A stretch of 63,378 bases of DNA, the filler included, from Reclinomonas americana ATCC 50394 (lineage: Eukaryota), in assembly GCA_048213135.1 (NCBI GenBank). It is 12 parts of 12 records of this genome, joined end to end, with 100 filler letters (N's around TTAATTAATTAA, not from the genome) between each part and the next. Parts side by side here need not be neighbours in the genome. Positions count along the whole stretch, not along the records: positions 62,075 to 63,378 come from AFZH01021528.1; 11 more parts are not named here. One strand, 5' to 3'. The notes beneath the pieces were generated by a model that was given only the letters and a program-made list of their open reading frames with translations, had not been told where the DNA came from and ran no database searches. The translations under genes and the position numbers were made by a program. Shown piece by piece: positions 62,301 through 63,378 of the stretch; within the stretch, counting starts at the first letter, position 1, and the number at the start of each line of letters is the position of its first letter.

Positions 62301-63378
62301 ATGCAGCACCGTAAATCAGTATGCCTGGGAGTGATGCTGGCCGCCGCCGTCGCCATGCCGGCGCTGGCCCAGCAAGCGCCGGTCAAGATCGGCATGGTCA
62401 CCACATTGTCGGGGCCGGGCGGCTATCTTGGCCAGGACATCCGCGACGCCTTCAAGCTCGCCATCGACATGAACGGCGGCAAGCTCGGCGGCGCTCCGGT
62501 CGAGCTCGTGGTCGAGGACGACGCGCTGAAGCCCGGCCAGGGCAAGCAGATCGCCGAGAAGATGCTGAAGACCGACGGCATCAAGATCATGACCGGCATC
62601 GTCTTCTCGAATGTCGCCGGCGCGACCGTGCCGGATATCGTCGACGCCGGGGCACTCTATGTCAGCCCCAATGCCGCACCGTCGAACTTCGCCGGCAAGG
62701 AGTGCAACGAGAACTACTTCGTCGTCTCCTGGCAGAACGACAGCCTGCATGAGAGCGCCGGCCAGCACGCCACCAATCTCGGCTACAAGAAGGCCTTCAT
62801 CCTTGCCCCGAACTACCAGGCCGGCAAGGACGCGCTCGCCGGTTTCAAGCGCCTGTTCAAGGGCGAGGTCGTCGGCGAGGTCTATACGCGCCTCGACCAG
62901 ACCGATTTCGCGCCGGAGATGGCGCAGATCCGCGCGGCCAATCCGGACGTCGTCTTCCAGTTCCATCCGGGCGGGCTCGGCATCGCCTTCCTGCGCCAGT
63001 ACCAGCAGGCCGGCCTGCTCGGCAAAACCCCGATGGTGCTGGCTGAGCCCTCGCTCGATTCCACCACGCTGAAGGCGGTCGGCGACGCCGCGCTCGGGCT
63101 CAGCGTGACCTCGCATTGGAACACCGATTTCGACAACGCCTCGAACAAGGCTTTCGTTGAGGCCTTCACCAAGGCCTACAACCGGGTGCCGACCTATTAC
63201 GCCAGCCAGGGCTACGACACCGCCCTCGCCATTGCCTCGGCGCTGAAGGCGACCGGCGGCAAGACCGATGTTCCGGCGCTGCGCAAGGCATTGGCAAAGG
63301 CCGATTTCCAGTCGGTGCGCGGCGCCTTCAAGTTCGGCCCGAACCAGCATCCGGTCCAGGACTGGTACGCGCTCAAGG
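62301..63378 (+). CDS. Branched-chain-amino-acid-type ABC solute-binding protein (aromatic-acid-binding-like), 3'-truncated; missing from the ORF track
   Basis: GGAGG RBS; MQHRKSVCLGVMLAAAVAMPALAQQAPVKIGMVTTLSGPGGYLGQDIRDAF; PNYQAGKD; frame open to the window end. Confidence 0.9.
   Translation, partial: MQHRKSVCLGVMLAAAVAMPALAQQAPVKIGMVTTLSGPGGYLGQDIRDAFKLAIDMNGGKLGGAPVELVVEDDALKPGQGKQIAEKMLKTDGIKIMTGIVFSNVAGATVPDIVDAGALYVSPNAAPSNFAGKECNENYFVVSWQNDSLHESAGQHATNLGYKKAFILAPNYQAGKDALAGFKRLFKGEVVGEVYTRLDQTDFAPEMAQIRAANPDVVFQFHPGGLGIAFLRQYQQAGLLGKTPMVLAEPSLDSTTLKAVGDAALGLSVTSHWNTDFDNASNKAFVEAFTKAYNRVPTYYASQGYDTALAIASALKATGGKTDVPALRKALAKADFQSVRGAFKFGPNQHPVQDWYALK

Noticed and set aside
22802..63378. 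Large bacterial-to-eukaryote horizontal insertion
   Set aside because: No contig contains both DNA types; they are separated only by an artificial spacer.

Overview
This window is not one continuous molecule. It is 12 contigs joined by artificial 100-nt spacers (N44-TTAATTAATTAA-N44). Contigs 1-5 (1-22701) are an intron-rich eukaryote, probably a protist, with mostly 60-90 nt spliceosomal introns and many CA/GT/GA microsatellites. They carry a tandem WD40-like gene pair (one frameshifted), a TA-flanked MITE, a very large secreted NHL/FN3/cadherin-like/PAN protein, a recent chimeric duplicate of that gene fused to a third WD40 paralog, NEK2, RAB5 and a TmcB-like membrane protein. About a quarter of the introns I could reconstruct use an atypical GTTGCGT donor. 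Contigs 6-12 (22802-63378) are a high-GC alphaproteobacterium (Hyphomicrobiales-like). They carry a pTF-FC2/IncP-Tra1-like mobilization module and a helicase-like ATPase with iteron-like repeats. Next comes a ~22 kb catabolic island: lactonase, CoA-transferase, sugar-acid dehydratase, FAD dehydrogenase, TIM-barrel epimerase, three tandem Cys-Cys solute-binding proteins, ABC transporter, two GGT-like hydrolases, a VOC protein, two aminotransferases and a MocR regulator. Its promoters share a 10-11 bp-period direct repeat. The rest is hglS-etfB and fragments of other catabolic loci. All calls come from reading the sequence and recalling motifs; no database searches were run.
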